64,000 nt of DNA from Mobula hypostoma (lineage: Eukaryota): the NCBI RefSeq assembly GCF_963921235.1, contig NC_086107.1:108502001-108566000 (forward strand), read 5' to 3'. Below, in pieces: positions 11,831 to 23,959 of this stretch; the first letter of the stretch is position 1; each line of letters starts with the position of its first letter. The translations under genes and the position numbers were made by a program. The notes beneath the pieces are model-generated. The model was not told the origin of the DNA. It saw only the letters and a program-made list of their open reading frames with translations, and did no database searches.

Positions 11831-12389
11831 AAAAATGGGGGGCTAAGTAGGAGGAAAGGGTTAGATTGATCTTAGAATAGGTTAAAAATAGGCGTAGCAT
11901 CATGGGTTGAATGTGTTGTAATATTCTTTATTCTGTGAGATTAACTAGAAGGGCTCCAAGGAAGAGGCAAACCTTAGAGGGAAGCCAAGGTTGTTCTTGG
12001 AGTGGTGTGTTGCTGTGATCTGAAACAGCTTGCCTGATAGGGCAGTCAAGACAGATTCTATTGGAATCTCCAGAGCAGAAATGGATAAATACTAGAAAGT
12101 GTGTACAGCTTTGATGGAAGAGGTAGCGGGGCGAATTGGAAAACTTTGTGAAAGGGCCAGCACAGGCATGATGGACCAAATGGTATCATACTACATTGTG
12201 GTTCTTTAAGAACAACATAAGGTCCATGTCAGAATTAGTGCCAATTTTATACAATGGATGCCAATTGGTGCCATTCTCATCTTCTCTACTTCTCCCAGCT
12301 GGGTGAGTTCGATTGGCATCAGCTTGCAGTGGGGGCAATGGGAAGGTGTACTTCAGCCTCAGGGAAAGATTCCGCACTGCCCCCACCCC

Positions 12390-12947
12390 CACTCAGTGGT
12401 CACTTCATTAGGTACGCCTGCTTGTTAACACAAATAGCTAATCAGCCAGTCGTGTGGCAGCAACTCAATGCATAAAAGCCTGCAGACGCGGTCAAGAGGT
12501 TCAGTTGTTGCGCAGACCAAACATCAGAATGGGAAATAAATGTGATCTAAGTGTCCTTGACCGTGGCATGATTGTAGGTGCCAGACAGGGTGGTTTGAGT
12601 ATCTCAGTAACTATTGATCTCCTGGGATTTTCACACACAACCATTTCTAGGGTTTATAGAGATCGGTGCAAAAAAAAATCCAGTGAGGAACAATTCTGTG
12701 GGTGAAAACACCTTGTTAATGAGAGAGGTCAGAGGAGAATGGCCAGACTGGTTCAAGCTGACAGGAAGGCGACAGTAACTCAAATAACCATGCTTTGCAA
12801 CAGTGATTTGCAGAAGACCATCTCCAAATGCACAACTTGTAGAATCTCGAAGTGGACGGGCTACAGCAGCAGAAGACCATGAACATACACTCAGTGGCTA
12901 CTTTATTAGGTACAGGAGGTACCTGATACAGTGGTTATTGAGTGTAT
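12390..12947 (+). mobile_element. Tc1-derived non-autonomous element (copies at ~16515-17327, 43939-45580 interrupted, 52612-53122, 59690-60367, 62860-62950 minus)
   Basis: TIR CACTCAGTGG(C/T)CACTT(T/C)ATTAGGTAC. Transposase HTH remnant MGNKCDLSVLDRGMIVGARQGGLSISVTIDLLGFSHTTISRVYR. Ends TGAGTG-TA. Confidence 0.88.
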
Positions 12948-13577
12948 ATCTGCAACATCCCATGTTTTATGCCAATAGATTCAATGACTGTAGGCCAAAC
13001 TTTGAACGTGTGGATCTGCACTTTGGTTAAAAATGAGTTCAAATGAACTTGAACAACAGCCTAAGTCCCCATCCTCCCATCAATTAAAATCTATAATAAG
13101 CTCATCCAGTCTGGAGTGGTTGTTTTTAAGAGCATTAGCAAAGGATTTACTCCAAACGTGTGTCAAGGAATGTCGTAATTCTGTTAAAACACTATTTGCT
13201 CGTTAAGTACCAGATAATCACCCCCCCTGAAATAGTCTTTATCACAGGAAGCCGTTGCATCTGTCATCTTGATAGGTCCTCCAGATAAAATAAAGGTTTC
13301 ATTCTGAACGGTTTGGAAAACTTTGCAAGAGCTTGTGTGTGCACAACCACTACAAGTCTAGTTCAGTACTCACACTTGACCTCTGTGGATCAGGAATCAA
13401 CCTTCTTTAACAAATTTCCCGACACATGCCAGTGATAATAAACCTGATTCTGATTATTCACCATATCCATTCACATGTATTAGGAATTTGCCGTGGTGTG
13501 TTGTCATTGCATCGAACAAAAAACAACATTCAACGTTTATAAAGAATTATATAAAAGAAAGTTAGAAGCACGATACA

Positions 13578-13785
13578 CCGGCCAGTGGTGGAGTGGCATT
13601 AGCACCGGACTTCGAGGCGAATGGTCACGGGTTCGAATCCGGCCAGCCCCTTGCACGCTTTCCATCCGCGCTGGGTTGAGCGTCGAGCGAGCAATTCGGC
13701 TTCGTAAAAAACAGACAAATGCTCAAAAAAATTATGCCCAATGCGCCAAAAGGTGCAAAAAGGAAAAGCAACAAGAAACACAAGA
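13578..13785 (+). mobile_element. tRNA-derived SINE with RTE-like tail (copies 37060-37250 +, 63365-63525 -)
   Basis: A-box TGGTGGAGTGG (13586-13596), B-box GGTTCGAATCC (13630-13640), shared body CTTGCACGCTTTCCATCCG. Confidence 0.75.
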
Positions 13786-14139
13786 TAGTAGGCAGTTGCA
13801 GCATTGAGACAAAAACCCAGACTGTTAGCCCCAGCACACATAATGCTGGAGGAACTCAGGCAGCATCTATGGAGATGATTAAACAGTTGTCAGTTTGTGT
13901 CAAGACCCATCTTCAGGACTGGAAAGGAAGGGGGAAGATGCCAGAATAAAAAGGTGGGGAAGGGACCCCAGTATAGTATGTGTCCTTTTGAAATGATTAT
14001 TTTCAATGAGTGGGTAGACTGGAAGGGCTGGCACTTTTCTTCTTAGAACCAAGATTTGAGATTTGTTAGGGCTGAACAGAACAATAATATGTTTCAGCAG
14101 GGTAAAATAGAGGGATTTTGATCCCAATAGCTATGGTTT

Positions 14140-14545
14140 AAGGGCCATAAGACCATAAGGTAACTGAGCAGAATTCGGCTATATGGTCCATCAAGTCTGT
14201 TCTTCCATTCCATCAGGGCTGATTTACTTTCTCTCTCAACCCTGTCCTCCTGTTTTCTCTCTGTAACCTTTGACACCCTTACTAATCAAGAACGTATCGA
14301 CCTCTGCTTTAAATATACCCAATGACTTGGCCTTTACAGCCACCTGTGGCAAAGATTTTCATAGATTCACCACCCTCTGAATAAAGAAATTCCTCCTCAC
14401 CTCTGTTCTAAATGAATGTCCCTCTATTCTGAACTTGAGCCCAACTGTCCTAGACTTCTGCACTATCGGAAAGGCCTTCTCCATGTCGACTCTGTTCAGG
14501 TCTTTCAAAATATGGTACGTTTCAATGAGATCCCCCAATGAGGAC
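14140..14545 (-). mobile_element. CR1 LINE 3' end
   Basis: ORF 14359-14559 GDLIETYHILKDLNRVD...FRTEVRRNFFIQRVVNL; (TCTTATGG)n tail. Confidence 0.85.
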
Positions 14546-14850
14546 CATGGGAGACTCATTTAAAACTTAGCTAAAACATACAGAAGGGATGTGAGGGAAG
14601 AGATTTTTCCATTCAGAGAGTAATTAGAATCTTAAGGTAAATGATTGGAAGATTCCTTGGAACCAAATTAACTTGTTCTATGAATGGAATTGAATAGACT
14701 CTTGAGAAAGAGAAGTTTGTAGTATTTTGGGGAAGACAAAATATTGATGGGATTACTCCCCCATATTGATGGGCTATTGATGGGATTACTCTCCTGGAAA
14801 CACGAGATTATGCAGCTACTGGACGTGCAGAGCAACATATGAAATGCTGG

Positions 14851-15031
14851 CAACAGGAATTCTGCAGATGCTGGAAATTCAAGCAACACACATCAAAGTT
14901 GCTGGTGAACGCAGCAGGCCAGGCAGCATCTGTAGGAAGAGGTGCAGTCGACGTTTCAGGCCGAGACCCTTCATCAGGACTAGAGATGCTGCCTGGCCTG
15001 CTGCGTTCACCAGCGACTTTGATGTGTGTTG
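14851..15031. mobile_element. Miniature Penelope hairpin insertion with 13 bp TSD
   Basis: Inverted pLTR arms; TATGAAATGCTGG at 14838-14850 and 15032-15044. Confidence 0.85.
14945..14982 (-). ncRNA. Minimal type I hammerhead ribozyme motif (Penelope pLTR)
   Basis: Minus strand TAGTC-CTGATGA-AGGGTCTCGGCCT-GAAAC-GTC-GACTG: complete core, stem I TAGTC/GACTG, stem II AGG/CCT. Confidence 0.75.
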
Positions 15032-15944
15032 TATGAAATGCTGGAGCAACTCAGCAGATCAGGTACATCTATCAAGGAGACAAAACAGTTCTGATGAACG
15101 GTATCAGCCTGAGATGTTGACTGTTTATTCCTCTCCACAGATACTGCCTGACTAGCTGAGTTCCTCCAGCATTTTGTCTGTGCCACCCGACTAGATAGGC
15201 TGGCACTGAAACACAGGCCAAATACAGACCAGTTCTTAGATTGATCTACCTTCTCAGGTGAAACCAAAAGGTCCCACAGCCTTTCTATGAGGGAAGAGCA
15301 GGAGAAATCCTGACCCAATTTCTTAAACAGAAATGAACAACTACCATATCACACTATCCGGCCATTGTTACGTTGCTGTTTCTGGGAGCTTGCTGTGGAA
15401 GTATTGGCTCCTAACAGGGCTTGTTTTGCTGCTGTTGTTTTGTTGCTTACTGTGTTCTAAGCACAGCAGGCATCCTCTGTTGGCACCAGCACAACGTTGG
15501 TTGTGTTAGTAAAGGGACAGTCGACATTTTGAGTCGAGACCTTGAGTCAGTAGAACATAGAAAAACATGGAAAACCTACAGCACAATACAGGCCCTTCGG
15601 CCCACAAAGCTGTGCCGAACATGCTCTTACCTTAGAAATTACCTAGGGTTACCCACAGCCTTCTATTTTTTGTGTCCTCAGTAATATTGTAGCAAGAGAC
15701 TCGCACTTCAGTACTGAAAAGCTCTTGCAGTAAAGGCCAAAGTATAATTTGCCATTTTAACACTGTATTGAATCTACTTTGAGTGAGTGATATACACTCA
15801 GCTTTCTTTGATCATCTACATTTCCAAATTTAACCATATAAATACGCACATTTCTGCCTTGCCTACCTACGTGGACAATTTGCATTTATCTACATTTTAC
15901 TACCTCTGACATACATTTGGCAGCTCATTCAACTTGTCTCCGTT

Positions 15945-16400
15945 GAGCACTGCTACAAGAAATCAGCACCCATTATCATGGGCCCCCCACCATCCAAGCC
16001 ATGCCCTCTTCTCACACTACTATTGGAAAGGAGGTACAGTAGACTTAGTCCCACATTACTAGGTTCAGAAACTATTATTACCCTTCAACCATCAGGCTCC
16101 TGAACCAGTGTACCCTCAACTCAACACTGAACTGATTCCACAACCTATGGACTCACTTTCAAGGATTCTACGACTCACGTTCTCTATATTTGTTTGTTTA
16201 TTTATTTATTTATTTTTTGCATTTGCACATTTTGTCTTCTTTTGCACATTGGTTGTTTGTCAGTCTTCGTGTGTAGTTTTTCAATGGTTCTATTGTATTT
16301 CTTTGTTCTACTGTGATTCCCTGCAAGAAAATTAACCTCAGGGTAGTATATGGTGACATATACGCACTTCGATAATAAATTTATTTTTAACTTTGAAATT
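15945..16400 (+). mobile_element. Rex1/Babar LINE 3' fragment
   Basis: HPSHALF...RRY...TRFRNYYYPSTIRLLN remnant and ...GATAATAAATTTATTTTTAACTTTGA tail. Many similar fragments elsewhere (16643-17030, 18450-18980, 19690-20075, 20500-21610, 25085-25855, 33070-34030, 42810-43610, 45795-46170, 48950-49530, 51030-51330, 54965-55350, 63000-63620). Confidence 0.75.
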
Positions 16401-17514
16401 TCCTCCAGACCTCGTTTCCTCTTACATTTTGTAATACCTTCCGGTTTCACAATATCAGCAAGCTTAAAAATGCATAAAAGCATCCAGATATGGTCAGGAG
16501 GTTCACTTGTTATTCAAACCAAAGATCAGAACGGGGAAGAAATGTGATCTAAGTGACTTTGACCATGGAATGATTGTTGGTGCCAGATGGGGTGGTTTGA
16601 GTACGTCAGGAGCTGCTGATCTCCTGGGATTTTCATGCACAATAGACTCGGTAGTATCCAGGACATCTTCAAGGAGCGATGCCTCATTAAGGACTCCCAT
16701 CATCCAGGTCACGCACTCTTCTGATTGCTGCCATTAGGAAGGAGATACAGGAGCCTAAAGGCACACACTCAATGATTCAGGAACAGCTTCTTCCCCTCTG
16801 CCAACCAATCTCTGAATAGACATTGAACCCATGAACACTACCTCACTACTTTTTTACTTCTATTTTTGCACTACTTATTGAATTTGCTATTTTTATATAT
16901 ATACTTACTATAACTCATAGTTTATTTTTCTCTATAATTATGTACTGCATTGTACTGCTGCCCCAAAGTCAACAAATTCCATGGCACATGCTGGTGATAT
17001 AAAACCTAACTCTGATTCTGGTTCTGATTCTAGAGTTTACAGAGAATGGTGCGTAAAACAAAAAAAATCCTGTGAATATCCAGCTCTGTGGGCAGAAGTG
17101 CCATGGGAGAGGTCAGAGGAGAAAGGCCAGACTGGTTCAAGCTGTCAGGAAGGTGACAGTAACTCAGATCAACACATGTTACAACAGTGGTGTGCAGAAG
17201 AGCATCTCTGAAAGTACAAGGTGTCGAACAGTGAATTGGATGGGCTACAACAGCAGAAGCCATGAACGTGTACTCAGTAACCGCTTTTAGCTACAGGAGG
17301 TACCAAACAAAGTGGCCAATGACTGTATTGCTTAAATGTAAACATACACTCATAGTGCAACAAAACCAAGGTAATCTTCTCCTCTGGTAGGCATTAAAAA
17401 CCCCTTTAAAGACACCTGTAATGAAACCCAATTTCCCTCAGGATCAATAAAGTATATCTATCTATCTATCTATCTATATTTTTGGAGAGAAAGAAAGAAG
17501 TTTAATTGCAGTGG

Positions 17515-18370
17515 TAGGAGATAAAGATGGTGCCAGAAGTTTTTGCAGACCCAAGTGACTTCTTCCAGTTAGACCACAAAACAGTTTGTTCTTCTTCTAT
17601 TTCATGTCTTCCTTTCCTTTTCAAGCTGGCTAGGGTCCTGTTGGAATCCGTGATCTACAGCTGCAGCTCAAACTATGGTTCTCCACAATGGTGGGTTCTC
17701 GCTCTCGGACTCGCTCTGAGGCCTGGTGTCTTGATATCTCCACGTGTGGCCTGGAAGACGCGTGCTTTCAGGGGTGCAGCCCCGTGGATGACGGGGCTCC
17801 TCACTGATCTCGCTGACTGAAGTGTCGTGGGAGACTGAAACATCGAGACAGCAGGCGGTGTGCGCTGCTGTCGGAAACCCCTGCACCCGAGTGATCTCCC
17901 TCTCTCTCTCGACAGTGAGTGAGAGTCTGTTGGTGCTCTAGTCGTGGGGGGTCAGAGAAGCGACGCAGAAATTTGTAACATCAAAACAGCGAACTGTTGG
18001 TCTCCCCTCTCGTTGTTGCAGGAGCAATATCTCTCACTCCCTCGCTAGTGAGAGAGAGCCTCTATGAGATGTCGCACTGCTGGGATGGGCTGTAGTTTTT
18101 GATGGACTCCAGATCGTGATCTCTTTGGGGGCTTTGCAATTGTTTGCATGGTGGGGGGGTTGGCGGTCAGTGCTTTCTGACGGAGCAAATGGGGGGAGGG
18201 TTGATGTTTTGCTGCTGCTTGTGCATGGGAGGGGGGCGGGGGGCTTTGGGGTTCTAATGTTTTCTTGTCATTCAGTCTTTGAGGTTTTTTCCTGTTTCGT
18301 GGATGTCTGCAGAGAGTAAGCATTTCAGGTTGTATATTGTATACATACTCTGATACTAATTTGAACCACC
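17515..18370 (+). mobile_element. Non-autonomous retroelement with AAGATGG-type 5' end and Rex1-like 3' tail (related pieces 37690-38110)
   Basis: Starts GGAGATAAAGATGGTG; non-coding GC-rich body; ends ATTTCAGGTTGTATATTGTATACAT...CTGATA, as at 38055-38100. Confidence 0.5.
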
Positions 18371-18984
18371 TGACTGCTAATTCATGTAACATAACCAAAA
18401 TGTTTGTTTGTTTGCTTTTTTGCCTAAAGTCCCATCTTAGGATGAGATCGCAAGGAAGGTGCTCCAGCAGCTTTAATTTCTTTGAAGGTTAAGGAAGTTC
18501 AGCCTGTCACCAAACACTCCAACAGATTTCTACAGATATACTGTTCGGCTGCATCATGATCTGATATGCTAATTTTAATGTTGCCGAGTGTACTAGACTC
18601 AGCCCAATACATCATGGTCGCATCTCCCCCTACCATCGACAGCATCTACATCAGGTATTGTCTGAAGAAGGCAACATCCATCTTCAAAGATCCCCACCAT
18701 CCAGGCCATACCATTTTCTTGTAGCTACCATCAGTACAGCAGCCTGCAATTCCACACCAGCAGGTTCAAGAACATCTACTTCCCTTTAACCATTCAGATC
18801 TTGAACCAGCTAGCACAACAACCCTAATCCCTACCTTAGTATGGCAACGCTATGAACACTTTAACCACTTTGCATTACTATGCATTTTCTTCATTTCTAA
18901 TTGTGTTCTTTCCTGTAAAGATCATGTAAAATTCATGATTAATTAATATTATTTCTTGTGAATGTTGTGTTTCTAATGGTTCCT

Positions 18985-19565
18985 AAAGGTTGTTATGGCC
19001 AGGGGTGGTAATGGAGATTAGCTCCCGCTGCCTATTAAATGCTCCCAATTGCGCATGTCTCAAATAGCCTCTGACAACCAAGTCCAACTCCTGACCATCA
19101 CGTGCGGCTTAGCTACTAAGCCCGGCGGAACCGTTTCTCCTGACAGGAGAAGGAGCAAAGGCTGGTTACTGGTGCCTTAAAACCAGTTGCTTCAGGCAGA
19201 CGGGTCTTGTCACCCGTGGTTGGCAGCTCATCTAGGAGAAGAAAAACTTTGAACTCAAACCTCTGCTGCCTCGGGGCTGTACCCATTCATGGGGAAGGCT
19301 CAGGAGTAAACCCTGGATAAAAATCCAGAGTTGAAGTCCCTACGGCAGTCCTCCATCGAGTTCAACACTGACTGGCAACTCCTGCAACACTGCTGGTACC
19401 AAACTGTATTGGTCTCTGCTGTTCCTTCGGGTCCATCAGATGCATGGAGAGGGGAAGATTGCTACATGAACAACAGCTTGCTTTCCATATCGTACTGCCC
19501 AGGCTTGCGTATCTAGATAACTAGAACGTCAAATCCACAGTCAAGTCTGACCAACAGAGGTCTTC
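18985..19565 (+). mobile_element. Non-autonomous retroelement (RTE/Vingi-like UTR derivative) sharing its 3' module with the tRNA SINE at 29871
   Basis: 3' ~190 bp aligns by eye to 29986-30180; no tRNA boxes at its 5' end. Clade assignment uncertain. Confidence 0.5.
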
Positions 19566-20104
19566 ACTGTGTCTCTAATGCTATGTCCCTGTGATACTGC
19601 TGCAAGTGTATCTACACCACAACATAGATATACTTGTGCATTTGACAATAAAATTGACTTTGGCCTTATGTACAAAATGCCACCTTTATTTGGCATACGT
19701 GGAGCAAATAGCCAGCTGCATCATGGGCACTAGCTTCCACAGTACCCAGGACATCTTCAAAAGGGCGGTATCCATCATTAAGGACGCACATCAAACAGGA
19801 CGTGGTTTCTCCTTAATATTACCATCAGAAAGGAGGTACAGGAGCCTGAGGACACACACTGAATATTTTAGAAACAGCTTCTTCCCTTCCACTATCACAT
19901 TTATGTATGCACAATGAACATTACCACACTATTTTTGTTCCCTTTTTCCACCACTTACTTAATTTAATCGTTTTAATATATATTTCTTATTGTGTTTTAT
20001 AGTAACTTTATGTACTGCTGCCACAAAATAAATCTCACAAGTTTAATTTCACTGGTGTCAAACTTGATTCTGATAATGGAGGAATTTTAGGGGCTGCTTG
20101 TTCT

Positions 20105-20240
20105 CAGTCCTGAAGAAGGGTCTCGGCCTGAAACGTCAACTGTTGACTCTTTTCCATAAATGCTGCCTGGCCTGCTGAGTTCCTCCAGCATCTTGAGTGC
20201 GTTGCTCTCAATTCCCAGCACCGGCAGACTTTCTCGTGTT
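20105..20240 (+). mobile_element. Older Penelope pLTR fragment with hammerhead motif
   Basis: CAGTC-CTGAAGA-AGGGTCTCGGCCT-GAAAC-GTC-AACTG followed by GCTGCCTGGCCTGCTGAGTTCCTCCAGCA. Related fragments at 13830-13960, 22683-23400, 32885-33010, 42580-42730, 55600-56125, 57020-57100, 60020-60090, 60990-61080. Confidence 0.75.
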
Positions 20241-21109
20241 TATATTGTTCTCTTAATGTCCTTTAAAAGGGCGAGAGAGTTGTGATGTCAGTGTGGGCTT
20301 CGTCTCTTCAATTGAACAAGACACAATGCCCGTGTCATGAATAAGTAACACCAAATTGTTTTGCTTTGGCAGTTGGACAGTAATGTGGAAAAATTGTCCA
20401 TCTTGGAAGGAAGAGAAAAAAGCAAATATTATATAATTGGATTAAGAGTGCAATATACTGTCAGATAAAATAATCTGGGGATTCTACTGCATGAATTGAG
20501 CACATCTATATGAAAGACTGTCGCAGGAAAGCAGCATCCATCATCAGGGATGCCCACCACCCAGGTCATGCTCTCCTCTCACTGCAGCTATCAGGAAGAA
20601 GGTACAAAATCAGAATCAGAATCAGGTTTAATATCACATGTATATGAAATTTGTTAACTTTGCAGCAGCAGTACAATGCAATACATGATAAATATAGAAA
20701 AAATCTGAATTACAGTTTTATATATAACAGCTAAATTGAAATAAGTAGATCAAAAACAGAAGTGCAAACAAGTAGTGAGGTAGTGTTCATGGGTTCAATG
20801 TCCTTTTAGATGGCAGAGGGGAAGAAGCTGTTCCTGAATCGCTGAGTGTATGTCTTCAGGCTCTCGCATCTCTCTCCTGATGGTAACAGTGAGAAGAGGG
20901 CATGTTCTGGGTAGTGGGGCTTCTTAATGATGGACGCTGCCTTCCTAAAGCACCATTCCTTGAAGATGTTTTGGATGCTATAGAGGGATCTTCAGGACCC
21001 ACACCACCAAGTTCAGGAACAGTTATTACCCCTCAACCATCAGGCACTTGAACCAGAGGGGATAATGTCACTCAATTTCACATGCCCGTCACTGAACTGT
21101 TCTCTCTTT

Positions 21110-21342
21110 TTCCTCCGTTCCCATCGGAATCTTTCCCGTCTTTTGTTTCGGATCTTGTACTCATTTCTTCAGACTTCACAGTTACAGTTCAAGGAAAAAA
21201 TGAGTAAAATAAAATAAATCTTCTAGTGTAGGTTAAAATTGGTTAAGTAAGGGAGATCATAGGTTAAAAAAAAAGGTAACGGGAATGGAGCGAAGCCAAA
21301 AATGACCTCACTCCATGAGCAATCCCTGCAGCAAAAAAACCC
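21110..21342 (-). mobile_element. Probable L1 5' UTR + ORF1 start only (3'-truncated) with 18 bp TSD
   Basis: CTGAACTGTTCTCTCTTT at 21092-21109 and 21343-21360. Minus strand reads GGG...CATGGAGTGAGGTCATTTTTGGCTTCGCTCC, an AT-rich leader, then ATG MSTRSETKDGKDSDGNGGK. Confidence 0.6.
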
Positions 21343-22049
21343 CTGAACTGTTCTCTCTTTCAAGGTTTCATCATCTCATGTTCTTGATATTTATTGCTTA
21401 CTTATTTATTATTATTATTTCCTCATTTTGTATTTGCACAGTTTGTCGTCCCCTGCTCTCTGGTTGAAAGCCCAAGTTGGGCGGTCTTTCATTGATTCTG
21501 TTATAGTTATTATTCTATAGTTTTACTGAGTATGCCCACGTGAAAATTAATCTCTGGTTTGTATATGATGACATACATGTACTTTGATAATAAAATCTGG
21601 TTTTTAACTTTGGAAGAAGCACAAAGGATCAGTATGAGGTGTAGTAAGTAGTGTGCTCCTAATTGCAGGAAGGAAAAGTTTTGATGTTACTTTTGTGGGA
21701 CACTGGTGTGAAAAATTCCGTCCCCACATTTGTAAAGACAGTACACACCTGCACTGGCGTCAGTGCAGAGAAGGTTTACCAGATTGATTCCTGGGACAGA
21801 AGGGTTGATATATGGAGGAATCTTAAGCAAGCTGCAAAAGAATACTCCGAGAGGTAGAGTTATTGAAGGTTTTGAGGAAGATTGACAACGTGGATGCTGA
21901 AACAATGTTATCTCTAGTTAGGGTATCCAGAACTAATGAGTATAGTTTCAGAATAAGAGGCTGCTTGTTAAAAATGTAGATGCCCATCCCTAACCCTCCT
22001 TGAATCCAGAGCCTCGACAGGCCAGGTGGAAAGGCAGCTAAGACTAGGC

Positions 22050-22376
22050 CAGATAGCTTCCTATGGTGGGGGTCTAAGACCAGAGGTCACAGCCTCAGAA
22101 TAAAGAAGCGTCCTTTCAGATGAGATGAGGAGGAATTTCTTTAGCCTGAGAGTGGTGAATTGGTGGAACTAATTGCCACAGGCAGCCGTGGAGGCCAAGT
22201 CTTTGGGTATATTTATCGCGGAGGTTGATAGGTTCTTTAGTCAGGGCATGAAGGGATACAGGGAGAAGGCCGGAGATTGGGGCCAAGAGGGAAAATGGAT
22301 CAGCCATGATGAAATGGTAGAGCAGACTCAATGAGCCAAATGGTCTAATTCTGCTCCTATATCTTATGGTCTTATA
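22050..22376 (+). mobile_element. CR1 LINE 3' end
   Basis: SKTRGHSLRI...EMRRNFFSLRVVNWWN remnant and TCTTATGGTCTTAT tail. Confidence 0.85.
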
Positions 22377-22966
22377 ATTCTGACCAAACGTCCTGTTAGG
22401 TGATAACAGCAAATGAGAAGGAATTATAATTCAAATATGCTGTTTGTGATGATCATTACTGAGATTCCAGATTTATTTAATAACACATTTAATTTAGCTT
22501 ATTAGATCCATACTAATCTTCCTTCCCTCATTATACCTTAAAATTTCCCTTGTGAATCATCTTCCCAACAGTTTCAATAGTTTCCCTTTCAAAGACCTGA
22601 TTGTCTCCTCTATAGGCAAGTCTGTTCCAGTTCAGAGACACTCTGCACATAAAATACTTCTCCCCATATTTCCCCTGAATCATAAACACAAGAAAGTCTG
22701 CAGATGGTGAAAACGTAGAGTAACCCACACTCACACACAAAGTACTGGAGGAACTCAGCTCTGTCTACTCCGGGCTTCGGGTCTGCGATCTCCGTGACGT
22801 TTTGCTCCGCTATGTGAATTTCAGGATGTATATTGTATACGTTTCTCTGACATTAAATGTACCGATTGATGAACTGAGGTTAAAGCTGTGAGGCCGCTCC
22901 AGGCTTCATGTCTATGGACTCACTTTCGTTCTAAATGAATTTGTTTGCTTTTACTGTTCGCATGAT

Positions 22967-22971
<5 letters not shown>

Positions 22972-22999
<28 letters not shown>
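22972..22999. repeat. (CT)n microsatellite
   Basis: Run of TC dinucleotides. Confidence 0.95.
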
Positions 23000-23003
<4 letters not shown>

Positions 23004-23167
23004 CATTGGGCTGTTGGTCTTTTTTTTTACAAGGGATTCTTTTTGGGTTCCTTGTTCTGTGGCTGCCTGTAAGGAGATGAATCTCTAGGATATATAACGT
23101 ATACAAACTTTGATAATAAATGTATTTTGAACTTTGAAGTCAGCCAGCGTCTACGGAGAGAAATAAA

Positions 23168-23205
23168 GAGTCGACGTTTCAGGCCGAGATCCTTCATCAG
23201 GACTG
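23168..23205 (-). ncRNA. Minimal hammerhead motif (older Penelope pLTR)
   Basis: Minus strand CAGTC-CTGATGA-AGGATCTCGGCCT-GAAAC-GTC-GACTC. Confidence 0.65.
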
Positions 23206-23959
23206 GAAAGGAAGGGGGAAGAAGCCAGAATAAGGTATGGGAGAGGGGAAAGCATACAAGCTGGCAGGTGATAGGTGGAGCCAGGTGATGAACAAGGTAG
23301 GTGGGTGGCGAGGGGAGGGATGAAGTGAGAAGCTGGGGGTTGATAGGTGGAAAAGATAAAGGGGTGAACAGGAAGGAATCTGTTAGGAGAGGAAAGTGGA
23401 ACTTCTGAATCTTTTGCTATTCACTATAAATCTGTGTCTCCCTTGCTCTTGAAACATCTGCTAATGGGAACAATTATTTAAATTGTGCTGTAGTGGTATG
23501 CAAACTAATTTCTCCAAGATCATTACTGTCAAGATTCCAGTTGCTAGTCCGCACACCCAACCGCCAAAGCTCTGAAGCCCCAAAGTCTATTAGTCAGAAA
23601 GCCTCCTCAGCGTCAGATGAATTAGCTGGAAAAAAAAATCCTTCTGATGAATAACAAATCAGCTATTGAAACAAAATTAACAACAATATCGAAAGTTAGC
23701 AGGTCTCAGAGGGTCCATGGTTTCCATGGCGACAATTACGATATACTTCATCCATCATTAACATGATACAACAGTGGAAAAAATAATATTATAACTTCAT
23801 TAATATTTTTGCCAGTGCCCTACTGGAGGTAATTACTGCTGACTTTTAACAACTTCCTTCTGGCTGCTAATACAGAATAAATCTGCCTTCAAAGTACAGG
23901 TCAATTCAGAAAGATTAAATGCAAATCTTGTTTAAGATTAAAACGTTTTCTTCTCAGCT

